Assembly (NCBI GenBank): GCA_043228905.1
Contig: JBHGNT010000022.1
Span: 1,612,001-1,676,000 of the forward strand
Reading direction: 5' to 3'
DNA: 64,000 nt
Origin: Azolla caroliniana
Taxonomy: Eukaryota; Plantae; Polypodiophyta
How positions within the stretch are numbered: position 1 is the stretch's first letter; the number at the start of each line of letters is the position of its first letter. Positions 46,971 to 58,388 of the stretch are shown here, piece after piece. The notes beneath the pieces are model-generated. The model was given only the letters and a program-made list of their open reading frames with translations, ran no database searches and was not told the DNA's origin. The position numbers and the translations under genes are program-made.

Positions 46971-48128
46971 ATGGCTACTGTTAGCGCCCAAGAATATCAA
47001 TCCGTTTTCTCCGACCTACAGTGCTTAAAAGAAAATTTTGTTGCCTTGGAACAAGAAAACCAACGGCTGATAGGGGATCTGCAACAAATCTCTCTAGAAA
47101 AGCAACAAATGCAGCAACAACATGGGGAGTTAGCGTTACAGGTGCAACAACTCGAAGCGGCATTGCAACAACAAGGATCAAGTCCCCAAGGATTTCATAA
47201 AGAGCCGAAGATTGGACTTCCTGTGAAATTTGATGGAACGCGATCGCAATTCAGGGGATTCCTTAATCAGGTACGATTAGTCCTCCAAATGCATCCTTCC
47301 CGATACCCCACTGATGCATCCCGAGTCGGCTTAATAGGCACATTGCTTAGCGGCTCAGCCTTAACATGGTTCGCTCCGCTCCTAGAAAAACAATCGCCCT
47401 TGCTTAATAACTTTGAAGATTTTATTAGTGAGTTAAAAGCCTGCTTTGGAGACACCGACAGCATCAGGACGGCGATCAACAAGATCCGGCGATTGCGTCA
47501 AGGCGATCGTCCAACCTCTGCCTACGCGGCGGATTTCCGCCTACTCGCTTCAGACATACCCTGGGATGATCAAGCACTAATGGAGCAGTTTCGCTATGGC
47601 CTGCGAAACGATCTCAAAGATCTACTTCTAACTTTCCCCGAAGAACCAAAGTCTCTTACGGAGGCAATCAGTCGAGCGGTCCGATGTGACAACTGCCTTT
47701 TCGAACGGCGTTCGGAACGTCAATTACAAATACCACGCGCTAGGCCGGAGCCCACTTACGCCGCAGTCGCGGCTAAACCGTTTGCACGAGACATACCTCA
47801 AGCAAATACTTCGACACCAATGGAGATCGATACCATGCGTCGACGCGGCCCGTTATCAGAAGAAGAAAAGCAACGACGACGTGCAAATCGATTATGTCTT
47901 TATTGCGGTGGACCAGGGCATATCGCAATCAATTGTCCCCATAGGCCAAGAAGACAGGTAAATCAAATTGTAGCCTGTACTAAACCCGAGTCAATTCTTC
48001 CCTTAGGAGTGTCTAATAGTATTAATAGTACTAATAGAGTGTTTGATAGTATTCATAGTACTAATAGCCCAAGTATCTCAAATAAATTTGAAATCCTTAG
48101 TCAATTAGATGAAGAGTTAAATGATTGA
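46971..48128 (+). CDS. E gag, intact, 385 aa
   Basis: Coiled coil, PVKFDG, capsid region, PMEID, CLYCGGPGHIAINC. Confidence 0.92.
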   Translation: MATVSAQEYQSVFSDLQCLKENFVALEQENQRLIGDLQQISLEKQQMQQQHGELALQVQQLEAALQQQGSSPQGFHKEPKIGLPVKFDGTRSQFRGFLNQVRLVLQMHPSRYPTDASRVGLIGTLLSGSALTWFAPLLEKQSPLLNNFEDFISELKACFGDTDSIRTAINKIRRLRQGDRPTSAYAADFRLLASDIPWDDQALMEQFRYGLRNDLKDLLLTFPEEPKSLTEAISRAVRCDNCLFERRSERQLQIPRARPEPTYAAVAAKPFARDIPQANTSTPMEIDTMRRRGPLSEEEKQRRRANRLCLYCGGPGHIAINCPHRPRRQVNQIVACTKPESILPLGVSNSINSTNRVFDSIHSTNSPSISNKFEILSQLDEELND

Positions 48129-51100
48129 GTCCAGCCAAAATAGGAGTCGTTTGGTTGGACAGCAGCCCTAGATCTGTACAGCCCATTAGTGGTTCCATTC
48201 CTTCCAAGCAAGTTAGCAATGTGTTCCTAGCCCAAGTCATTGTTAGTACTAAAAGTACTCCCCCAGTACCCGTCCTAGCACTTTTAGATTCCGGAGCTAA
48301 TTCCTATTTCATGGATCAAAATTTTGCCCAAGCTTCTCAGATATCCTTAAGAAAACTTCCTTGTCCCGCAGCTGTAGTAGTCATTGATGGTCGTCCCATT
48401 GCTTCCAGGAATATTGTAGAAGAATCAGAACCCATTCAAGTTGTCCTAGGTAGTTTTGTGTGTGTAATATCATTTAATATAATTAGTAGTCCAGAGCATC
48501 CCATTGTCCTAGGATTACCTTGGTTTAAATTACATAATCCAGCCATAGATTGGAGAACAAGAGAAGTCCGATATCGACCACCCCAAGAATCAACTCACCG
48601 AGTTTCGACCATTTCACTCCATCAACTACGCGAAGAAGGACCCAAGGAGGCAATGTTCCTATTTGCAATATCAGTACATCCTTCCAACACTATTAAGAAG
48701 GACTCCTCAGTACAACTTCCAGCAAAATATCATCCTTATGCCGATGTATTTGACAAGGTAAAAGCCGGTACCCTTCCTCATCACCGTCCCTATGACTGTC
48801 CCATCGATTTACAACCAGGAACCGAGCCACCATGGGGACCAATTTAAAACTTGTCACCCACCGAGTTAGAAGTCCTTCGAGCCTACATAGAGGAGAACTT
48901 GGCAAGTGGGTTCATCCGTCATTCGAAATCTCCGGCTGGTGCACCCATCTTCTTTGTCAAGAAGAAAGATGGCTCACTTCGTCTTGTCGTTGATTACCGC
49001 GGATTGAATAAAGTCACCATCCGGAATAGGTATGCACTTCCTCTTATATCAAGTCTTTTAGAGCGAGTTAATGGTGCCAAGTTTTTTACTAAAATCAACC
49101 TACAAGGAGCGTATAACCTCGTGCGGATCCGACCGGGAGATGAATGGAAGACCGCCTTTCGCACGCGGTATGGGCATTTCGAGTATACTGTTATGCCGTT
49201 CGGCCTAACCAATGCACCCGCAGTCTTCCAACACATGGCAAATGATATATTCAGAGACCTCTTGGATATCTGTTTGATCATTTATCTGGATGATCTATTG
49301 ATTTATTCGAAGACCCAGGAAGAGCACGATTCTCATGTACTATTAGTACTAAAGTGACTCCGCGAGAATGGTCTTTATGCCAAGCTAGAAAAATGTAGCT
49401 TTGACTGCAAGCAAGTGGAATTTCTAGGCTACGTCATCTCCTCAAAGGGCATCGCCATGGATCCAGCTAAAATCCAAACTGTACTAGAGTGGCAAATTCC
49501 ACGGTCGGTACGAGATGTACAATGTTTTCTAGGTTTTTCTAACTTCTACCGTAAGTTTATACAGGATTACTCGAAGATTATTTTACCTCTCACACAACTT
49601 ACGAAGAAGGGCCAAGAATTTCTTTGGTCCATAGAAGCAGATATGGCTTTTCGGCATCTTAAGAAAGCCTTTACATCAGCACCGATTCTAGCTCATGTGG
49701 ATACAAGAAAACCATTCATCATGGAGGCCGACGCATCAGATTTCGCCCTCGGTAGCATCCTTTCTCAACCAGGAGATAAAGAAGAGTTGCATCCGGTGGC
49801 TTTCCATTCGCGCAAATTCGATGTCACAGAAATCAACTACGAAATACATGACAAGGAGTTATTAGCCATCGTGGATTCATTTGTACAATGGCGGCATTTT
49901 TTAGAGGGCTCTCCACATCAGGTCATTGTCTTTAGCGATCATAAAAATCTTGCTTATTTTCAGAACGCTCGCGTACTAAATCGACGGCAAGCTCGGTGGG
50001 CGCAATTCCTCACGCGTTTCGACTTCAAAATCACATATCGACCGGGGAAGCAGCAAGGAAAAGCAGATGCACTATCACGGCGTTCATATCTTGCACCTCG
50101 TCCTGGTGATGCAACATTTGATCATCAAAAGCAAGTAATCTTGGGACCAACACGATTGCACACGACGCAGATTTTTCACACCCCGATGGATTCACGGATT
50201 ACCGATGACATACATGCAACCTTGAAGACGGATAGTTTTGCTCAAGACATCCTGGCGCACATTGATACTTCTCGGGCATCGTGTTCTCGGTCTCAACAAC
50301 CAGGTATTGACTACCGACAATTCGAATATCATGATGGTTTGTTATTCTTTAAGAAGCGCGTATATGTCCCTGATTGCTCCTGTCGCCTTCAAATTGTCCA
50401 GCATTGTCACGACACCCATACGGCGGGACATTTCGGTAGTACTAAGACGTTGGAGCTAGTGCAGTGATCTTTTTGGTGGCCCCACATGCGCCGTTTTGTC
50501 GACGACTACGTTCGGACCTATGATGCTTGCTGCCGAGCGAAGATGCCACGACACCATCCATATGGCTTGTTGGAACCCTTACCGATTCCAAGTAAGACGT
50601 GGCAGTCTATTTGTCTTGATTTTATCACAGATCTACCAGTCTCGAAGGGGTTTGATGCTATCCTAACCATCGTCGATCGATATACGAAGATGGCACATTT
50701 TGTGCCGTGTACTAAAGCCATCACTAGCGAGGAAACCGCCGCCCTTGTTATGCGTGAGGTATTTCGGCATCATGGCCTCCTAGACAGTATCATCAGCGAC
50801 CGAGGACCGCAATTTGTCTCCAAATTTTGGCAGCATCTCTTCAAGATGCTCAAGGTCTCCTGCAATCTCTCCTCCGGCTACCATCCTCAGACCGACGGGC
50901 AAGCGGAACGAACAAACCAAACGTTGGAGCAATATCTCCGGTGTTTCCTGAGTTATCAACAGGACGATTGGGCCGAGATTCTCCACTTTGCAGAGTTTGC
51001 GTATAATAATGTTATTCACTCCTCGACTCGGGTCTCCCCATTTTTCGCTTATACCGGTTTTCATCCTCGTTGGTCGGTGATCGACACCCCGGAGCTACCT

Positions 51101-51696
51101 ACCAACCCTCGTGTCGAGGATCATTTGGAGAGGCTACACAAGATCCAGATGGATCTCTCTACTCACCTTCGTCATGCTCAACACACACAGAAGACTTATG
51201 CGGATCGTCATCGGATTCCCTCCTCTTTTGCCATCAGAGATCGAGTATGGCTCTTACGTCGTCACATCAAGACTACTCGACTGTGCGACAAGTTGGATTA
51301 TCGACGACTCGGTCCCTTCCGTATTATGGGTAAGATTAATGATGTCACATTCCGCCTTGATCTCCCTCCGCGCTTCAGATACATCCGGTTTTCCATTGTT
51401 CTCTTCTTGAACCTTATAAAGCAAACACCATTCCCGATCGTGTGACACCACCGCCGCCCCTGCTGGAGTTGGACGTCGGGCCGGAATATGAAGTTGCTGC
51501 CATCCTCAATTCCAAACTTGTTCGCAACAAACTTTATTACTTGGTCGATTTGCTCCGTTATAGTCCGAGCGAACGTACTTGGGAACCCGTCGAGCATGTT
51601 GCCAATGCATAGGATCTTCTTGCTGATTTCCACCGAAAGTATCCGGACAAACCCGGTTCGCAATTAGCGCCGACTCGTTCCACTCGTCGTCTTTAA
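48125..51696 (+). pseudogene. E pol (protease, RT, RNase H, integrase, chromodomain) with in-frame stops and a late frameshift
   Basis: LLDSGA, YLDD, EADAS, ISDRGPQF, and EYEVAAILNS...TWEP after 51440. Confidence 0.92.
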
Positions 51697-51707
51697 GGGG
51701 GAGATAG

Positions 51708-52154
51708 TGTCATGATATGGCAAGACTCGAACCCATGACCTTATGCTACATGGGTCAAGCTCTTACCATTAGACTATGAATTATAATTTGTAGGATATTA
51801 TTTTCATTTATGCTTTATCATAGAAAATTGATGTATATTCCAGATCTCTCTAGAACATTCTAGAAGCTTCAGGATTATTCCTAAAAACACTATAAAAGGA
51901 GGCACAAGGCATTGTTTTGAACCAAATTGGTTCAACGCTAGTCTTAAGCCTCTTAGCCGATTTGTACTTATCTTTTCACATAATATAAGAGCTGTTGTCA
52001 TCATCCTTCTCTCTCTCTCTTTCTCGCTATCTCTCTCTCTCTTCTCTTCTCACTTTCTCTCTCGGGAATCTTACGCAGTCCCGTCCTCTTAGTACTAATA
52101 ATACTGCTCTTCTTTAGTACTAATTCCATCTCTGCTTTAGTACTAGTCCTGACA
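51708..52154 (+). repeat. E 3' LTR
   Basis: Matches the 5' LTR. Confidence 0.93.
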
Positions 52155-52714
52155 CTCTTGGCATCTCCAACGCCGCTCTTACCTTCTTATTAGTGATCTT
52201 AGAGACATTGATTTCTTCCATTAGAGCTTCAGTGTGCAGGTGCGGCTCTGCTTCTGAGACTTTCAAGAATCCTTGTAAATTATTGCGAATGAGCCAGCGA
52301 CGCAAGTCATCAGATACAGTAATCGGCATATTGTCGTTGTCGATTGACATATCGTCGCTCTGTGGTGGCGGTGGAAAACATTGTGGGCTATGGCAGAGAA
52401 GATCAAAAAACCTATGAGCGCGAATACATTTCTACTTCTGTGGTGAAACAAACATTACAAAAATAGGTTTTAAGGAAATAATTCTTTGCATGATGCCTAG
52501 GGAATAAAAGTACTATTAATGTAAGAAATGACTAGGTGTACTATGGAGTAATAGCTAGAAATAGCAATAATGACTAATAGAAGCATGCCTCCACTACTTC
52601 TTACTTATAGCCTTCTTAAATCATTCCAATATTCCCCTTTTGACAGTTAGTTATGATTTGGCAAGAAAATTTTCTATAGTTTTTTTTTGTTGTTGTTGTT
52701 GTTACGTTACCACA

Positions 52715-53909
52715 TTACTTTTCTTCCGATTCAACCTTGAATGGATTTTCCGGCATTTCTCCATGATATGGCTTAAGCTAGAAACCATGGACCCATTTCG
52801 GCAAAATCTCACCTGATAGGGTTCCCAGTTGATACGTACCATTTTTACTATTCACGATCCAAATTGGTCATGTCCATCTATACCTAAGTTTACTTGGCAT
52901 AGCCCCATCCTGGTTTGCAAAACAAGTACCACTTTCCCAATTCCGAATTGAGTTTCGGTCTTTCGTCGGTGTCGATTTACAAATGCCTTCGTTTGCCTCT
53001 GCTTGTGCTCCAAAGCTGACATAGCTTGTATTCGGTCTTTTTCTAACAGTAATAAAGATTCCTTCCGAATTTGCTCCGATTGTAGTTCATTTAATTTCTT
53101 GGTTGCTTGTATTCGGAGTGTCGGAATCTAGAATTCGATTGGCATAACTGCCTCTAATCCGAAAGCCATTTGGAAGGGTGTTGATTTAATAGATGTTTTG
53201 TACGACGTGCGATATGCCCATAAAGCACTATGCAACTTTTGATCCCAGTTCATACGATTCTCATTTACTATCTTTTTGAGTATCGTCTGGAGGGTTTTGT
53301 TTGTCGATTCCGCCAATCCATTCGCTTGTGGATAGTAAGCCGTGCTTTTCTTATGAACCACTGCATAGTATGTAGACAATTCATGAACAAGCTTGTTAAT
53401 GAAATGTGTACCTTGATCGCTCACTAATTCTATTGGGTAGCCGAATCTACACCATATACTTTCGTACAAAAATTTTGTTGTTGAAGCTGCCGTATTATCC
53501 CTAAGAGCTTTAGCTTCTACCCACTTTGTGTAGTAGTCAATGGCAACTATAATATATCGATTGCTTGTACTTACTGTTGCCGGTTTGAATGGGCCTACAA
53601 AATCCAAACCCCATTTCTGGAAAGGTTCAAGAGATAACACAAGTTGAAACGGCATCCTGTCCTTTTCAGTCGGTTGTCCCATACGTTGGCATAAATCACA
53701 TTTCCGACAATATTCTACTACATCCTTCATCACTGTCAGCCACCATAAGCCACTGTTCCATATTTTTCTGGCTATGGTTTCTCCAGCATAGTGCCCTCCT
53801 GCAATTCCCGAAGAATGACCGATTTTTCGAATTGTCGTACTGCTCTTCTCCACATACCATCTACTCCTTTATGATACAGAGTGTCGTTCAAAAGAAAAAA
53901 ATTACGACT
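52715..53909 (-). pseudogene. C2 integrase remnant
   Basis: ORF 53128-53853 with DFVGP, SDQGTHF, WAYRT. Confidence 0.9.
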
Positions 53910-56758
53910 GTGGCACAAGTAGTTTGGCCATGTAAATTTCCCATGGCTTCGTGAGATGCAGATGAAGAACATTGTTTTCGGCCTGCCGAAATTTCGGGGC
54001 CGTAATGGCCAAGTCTGCGAAGCCTGTCAGATGGGAAAACAGCACCGACTTCCATTCCCCAATGAGCGTAATCATAGTCGAAGTCCGTTGGCTTTTATCC
54101 ACTCGGATGTGTGGGGACCGGCACAGAACGTCAGTCTTGGTGGAAGCCGTTACTTTGTAACCTTCATCGACGACTTCACTCGGCACACGTGGGTATGCAT
54201 GATCGCGAAGAAGAGCGAAGTCTTCGCATGTTTCCTGAAGGTGAAGAGCCTTGCGGAAAGGGAAACAAGGTGTAAGATCAAATGCCTACGGTCCGATGGC
54301 GGGAAGGAGTACTTCTCCGACCAGTTCACATGTTAGTGATGGCGGGAATTCTGAGGAAGAAGTCAATGAGGCCGAAATGCCTCCGTGCGATGAAGAAATC
54401 GGAGCTCTGAGAGAGAGTCCGATCTCATTTTAGCTAAGTGGGCCGAATGAGGGGTTGGGCCAAAATGGAAAACCTATTGAAGAGACGGTGAGTAGTGGAG
54501 ACTCAGTCGTGATGTCCCCGCATAAAGAACCGAGGAGACGGTTTACGTGCAAGGAGAAGGGCAAGAAGAAAATGCCTGAGTACGACTTCAGCAACGCCGA
54601 GTCAGTTCAGACCGAAGCTGAAATCGAGCCGATCATAAAGGAACCTTCGTGGAAGAGGTCAAAATCGGCCGAAAAGGTCGTGAAATCAGGTAATCACGAA
54701 TTACGCCGATCTACCCGCCTGAAGAACCCCGTGAAGAGATACAAGTACAATGAATACATGGCGCACCATTATGGGTACATGATGCGAGTGGCGAAAGTGT
54801 GTGAGCTGGGGAGCTACGCAAAAGCAGCGAGAGATGCGAATAGGCATGCCGCAATGGAAGAAGAGATGCGCGCTTTGACTGATAATGAGACTTGGGACCT
54901 AGTTGACGCACAGAAGGGTGTAAAGCTGATTGGATGCAAGTGGGTATATAAAGTGAAATACAACACCGACGGCTCTGTCAACCGATATAAGGCCCGCTTA
55001 GTAGCGAAAGGCTACATGCAGAAGCATGGCGTGGACTACAACGAGACCTTCGCGCCTGTCGCGAAGATGACTACCGTGCGTGTTCTACTAGTCGTAGCTA
55101 CGGCAAAGGGGTGGCACTTACATCAGATGGATGTAAAGAACGCGTTCCTGCAAGGTGATCTTGAGGAATAGGTGTACATGGTACAGCCCCCCGGATTTCT
55201 ATCCGAACAAAACACTTCGGCAATTTGCTGACTGAAGAAGTCACTCTATGGACTTAAGCAAGCCCCGCGAGCCTGGAACGCGAAGATTACGCAATAGTTG
55301 CGTAGGATGGGGTTTACGACGTCGAAATCGGACTCTTCACTCTTTGTTTGGCAAGGTCAATATGGACTGGTAAGTCTTCTCCTTTATGTTGATGATTTAG
55401 TCATCGCCGGTGCCAACCTGGACAAAATCCACCGTATAAATCCATCGCGGCATCATTTGAAATGAAGGATCTCGAAGACCTTCATTACTTCCTCGAGATC
55501 GAAGTGATCCGCACCCCCGAAGGCATATTGATCAGCCAGCATCATTACGCGTTGAATATGCTCTTCAAGTTCGGGATGGCAAACTGTAAGCCCATCTCGA
55601 CCCCTCTGGATAGAAACGCAAGCTTCGCAGAGATTCAGGAAAGGCATGCGACCCGACACAGTTTCGATAGATTGTCGGAAGCCTCATCTATTTGACGATT
55701 ACTTGGCCAGATCTTAGCTACCCAGTCGGCTTAATCAGTCAATTTATGTCACAGCCTACAACCGAACACTTTCAGTGCGCGCAAAGGATATTGCGATATG
55801 TCAACGGCACAAAAGACATGGCGTTGCTCTATCGAGCAGGCATAGCCGAATAGTTAGTCGGCTAAACAGATGCCAATTGGGCCGAAAATGCCCATGATCG
55901 TAGATCCACATCTAGATACGCATTCTCATTAGGAAGTGCGGCGATCGCATGGAGCAGCAAAAAGCAGCTGACAATGGCACTGTCGTGCATGGAGGCCGAA
56001 TATCGAGGGGCGACTGTCGCTACGTGCGAAGTCATTTGGTTGAAATCGCTATTACGAGATCTGCATGTAGAGGTGTCTGATCCGACGACGATCTATTGCG
56101 ACAACCTCAGCAATATCCACCTTGCGAAAAACCCTGTGTTCCATGCAAGGACCAAGCACATTGAACTGCATTACCATTTTGTCTATGAGCGGGTTCTTTC
56201 AGGTGAAGTCGAACTAGTGTATGTTCCGACGGATCGGCAGGTTGCTGACATCTTCACCAAGCCTCTTGGTCTCAACAAGTTGGGAGAGCTAGGAATGCGT
56301 CACCTCGACACGCCGAACTTGAGGGGAAGAAAGGAAGAACAGGAACAAGAGAGTGAAAGGAGCGGAGGTGTTCATCACAGTGGAAGTGACCGTGATGAGG
56401 AATCGTATGAAGAATTCGATTTCAAACCGGCTGAAGAAGCCGAAGAAGAGAGCAAGGGCAGCAATCGTAGGGAAGAGTTGAGGATAGCCAAATCAGGGGG
56501 ACATACAGCCAAGAAGGGCGTAAAGGCCAAGACCAAGATGTGGTCTGATGTAGTCAAAGGCCTGAAGACTGAAGACGAATTGGAGACAGCCAATACCGAT
56601 GAGAGCGGAATTGAATCGGAAGTGTTCGATTCAATCTAAATGTTTGATTCGGATATGCCGAATCAACTGATGGCCATGCGGAGAAAAGGGCAGCAAACGA
56701 CGCGCCGACACCACGACAACAAGGGAGCTAAGAAGGGTCAGATGAGCAGACAAGCCGA

Positions 56759-57382
56759 TGTCAAGATTCGAACTCTTGACATGACCATGTTATAATCGAG
56801 TGTTATGTGTTAACCACACATCTAGCATATAATCATGTATATACTTCCTCATTGTAGGTTTTAGCAAGCATCATGTGCATAATTTCTCCCTTGTATTATT
56901 TACACTTGGTACATGCATGTATACCTACTGCCTACATGCTCTATTGTATCACATGCGTGCAACAGGTATGCATGCCACTTAGTATAAATAGTTGAGTTCA
57001 CCTTGAAGGAATTCAAGGTGAACAACGCCAGTCATGGACATATCAATCTAGTATTCTCGTTTCGCCCATCTTCTCTCCTTAATCTTCATCTATATCTTTA
57101 TGCTCTTGTGTCATTCCGTCATCGCTCCATCGTAGCCTCATCATCTATGCTCCGTCTTAGTCCGCACTTGGTGTGTCCGTGACAGTTCGTTCACCTTCCA
57201 ACTAGAAGCATCACCCGTCTCCGTCATCGCCTTTGCTTCTAGAGTTACCATCGTCACCGTACCATCATCAACATCGCTTCATTTCCTATCTTCCTCGCCA
57301 TTTCTATCTCCTAGTTTCTTCTCATCATTTTCATTGGCTTTTAGTTCTCCTCATCGTTGTCTCTATTTTTTAGTTTCTTTCT

Positions 57383-57441
<59 letters not shown>

Positions 57442-58388
57442 CCGGTGAGGCCTACACAAGGCCATTCACTCCCGTTGGTGTTCGTGTTCGAGTTCCCGGT
57501 GAGGGCCGCATGGTCGCTCACGCACGTTCGTGTTCGAGTTCCCGGTGAGGGCCGCATGGTCGCTCACACACGTTCGTATTCGAGTTCCCGGTGAGGGCCG
57601 CATGGTTGCTCACACCCATTCGTGTTCCTGTTCCTAGTGAGGGCCACATGGTCGCTCACTCCCGTTCGTGTTCCAATCTCCGGTGAGGACCGCACATGGT
57701 CGCTCACTCCAGTTATTTTTCATGTTCCACATCCCGGCGAGGACCGACATGGTCGCTCATGCCCATTGCGGCTCATGTTCCAATTCTCGGTGAGGACCAC
57801 ACATGGTCGCTCACTCCAACTATTGTTCGTGTTTCAGATCCCGGTGAGGACCGACATGTTCGCTCATGCCTGTTGTTTTTCATGTTCCAGTTCCCGGTGA
57901 GGACCACACATGGTCGATTACTCCCGTTTGTGTTCTTGTTCCCGGTGAAGGCCACATGGTCGCTCATTCGTTCGAACTCTTGACATGACCATGTTATAAT
58001 CGAGTGTTATGTGTTAACCACACATCTAATATATAATCATGTATATACTTCCTCATTGTAGGTTTTAGCAAGCATCATGTGCATAATTTCTCCCTCGTAT
58101 TATTTATACTTGGCACATGCATGTGTACCTACTGCCTACATGCCCTATTGTATCACATGCGTGTAACAAGTATGCATGCCACTTAGTATAAATAGTTGAG
58201 TTCACCTTGAAGGAATTCAAAGTGAACAACGCCAGTCATGGACATATCAATCTAGTATTCTCGTTTTGCCCATCTTCTCTCCTTAATCTTCATCTCTATC
58301 TTTATGCTCTTGTGTCATTCCGTCATCACTCCGTTGTAGCCTCATCATCTGTGCTCCGTCTTAGTCTGCATTTGGTGTGTCCGTGACA
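56759..58388 (+). mobile_element. Non-coding LTR element F with TSD GCCGA; LTRs 56759-57184 and 57971-58388 (first 8 nt missing)
   Basis: tgtca...tgaca termini, gccga on both flanks, near-identical direct repeats. Confidence 0.92.
57384..57970 (+). repeat. (GTTCGT)n microsatellite followed by about 11 hairpin-forming units of 46-55 bp
   Basis: Core ccggtgaggrcc-N-catggtcgctcac recurs from 57441 to 57968. Confidence 0.92.

Larger units (their letters stand above)
46479..52154 (+). mobile_element. Full-length chromovirus E (Tcn1/sushi-like Ty3/gypsy) with TSD CTCTT
   Basis: LTRs at 46479-46931 and 51708-52154; TSD at 46474-46478 and 52155-52159; PPT aagggggagatag; chromodomain. Confidence 0.95.
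44102..52350 (-). pseudogene. C2 ORF2, split by E
   Basis: MSIDNDNMPI...EMPR (52350-52155) resumes as GGFDVV at 46473; pieces 45755-46435, 45236-45565, 44840-45148, 44156-44680. Confidence 0.82.
43654..53909 (-). mobile_element. Gypsy element C2 (integrase, ORF2, 3' LTR), 5'-truncated, hosts E
   Basis: Colinear reverse complement of C1 18100-22265, plus an LTR. Confidence 0.9.

Noticed and set aside
57334-57594. FV, VR and TN dipeptide-repeat ORFs
   Set aside because: Translations of the (GTTCGT)n microsatellite
57441-57970. CRISPR array
   Set aside because: The spacers are short and homologous to each other, there are no cas genes, and the array sits inside a plant LTR element
57441-57970. 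Hammerhead ribozymes / retrozyme
   Set aside because: Units read CCGGTGAG...GCTC and lack the CUGANGA and GAAA cores
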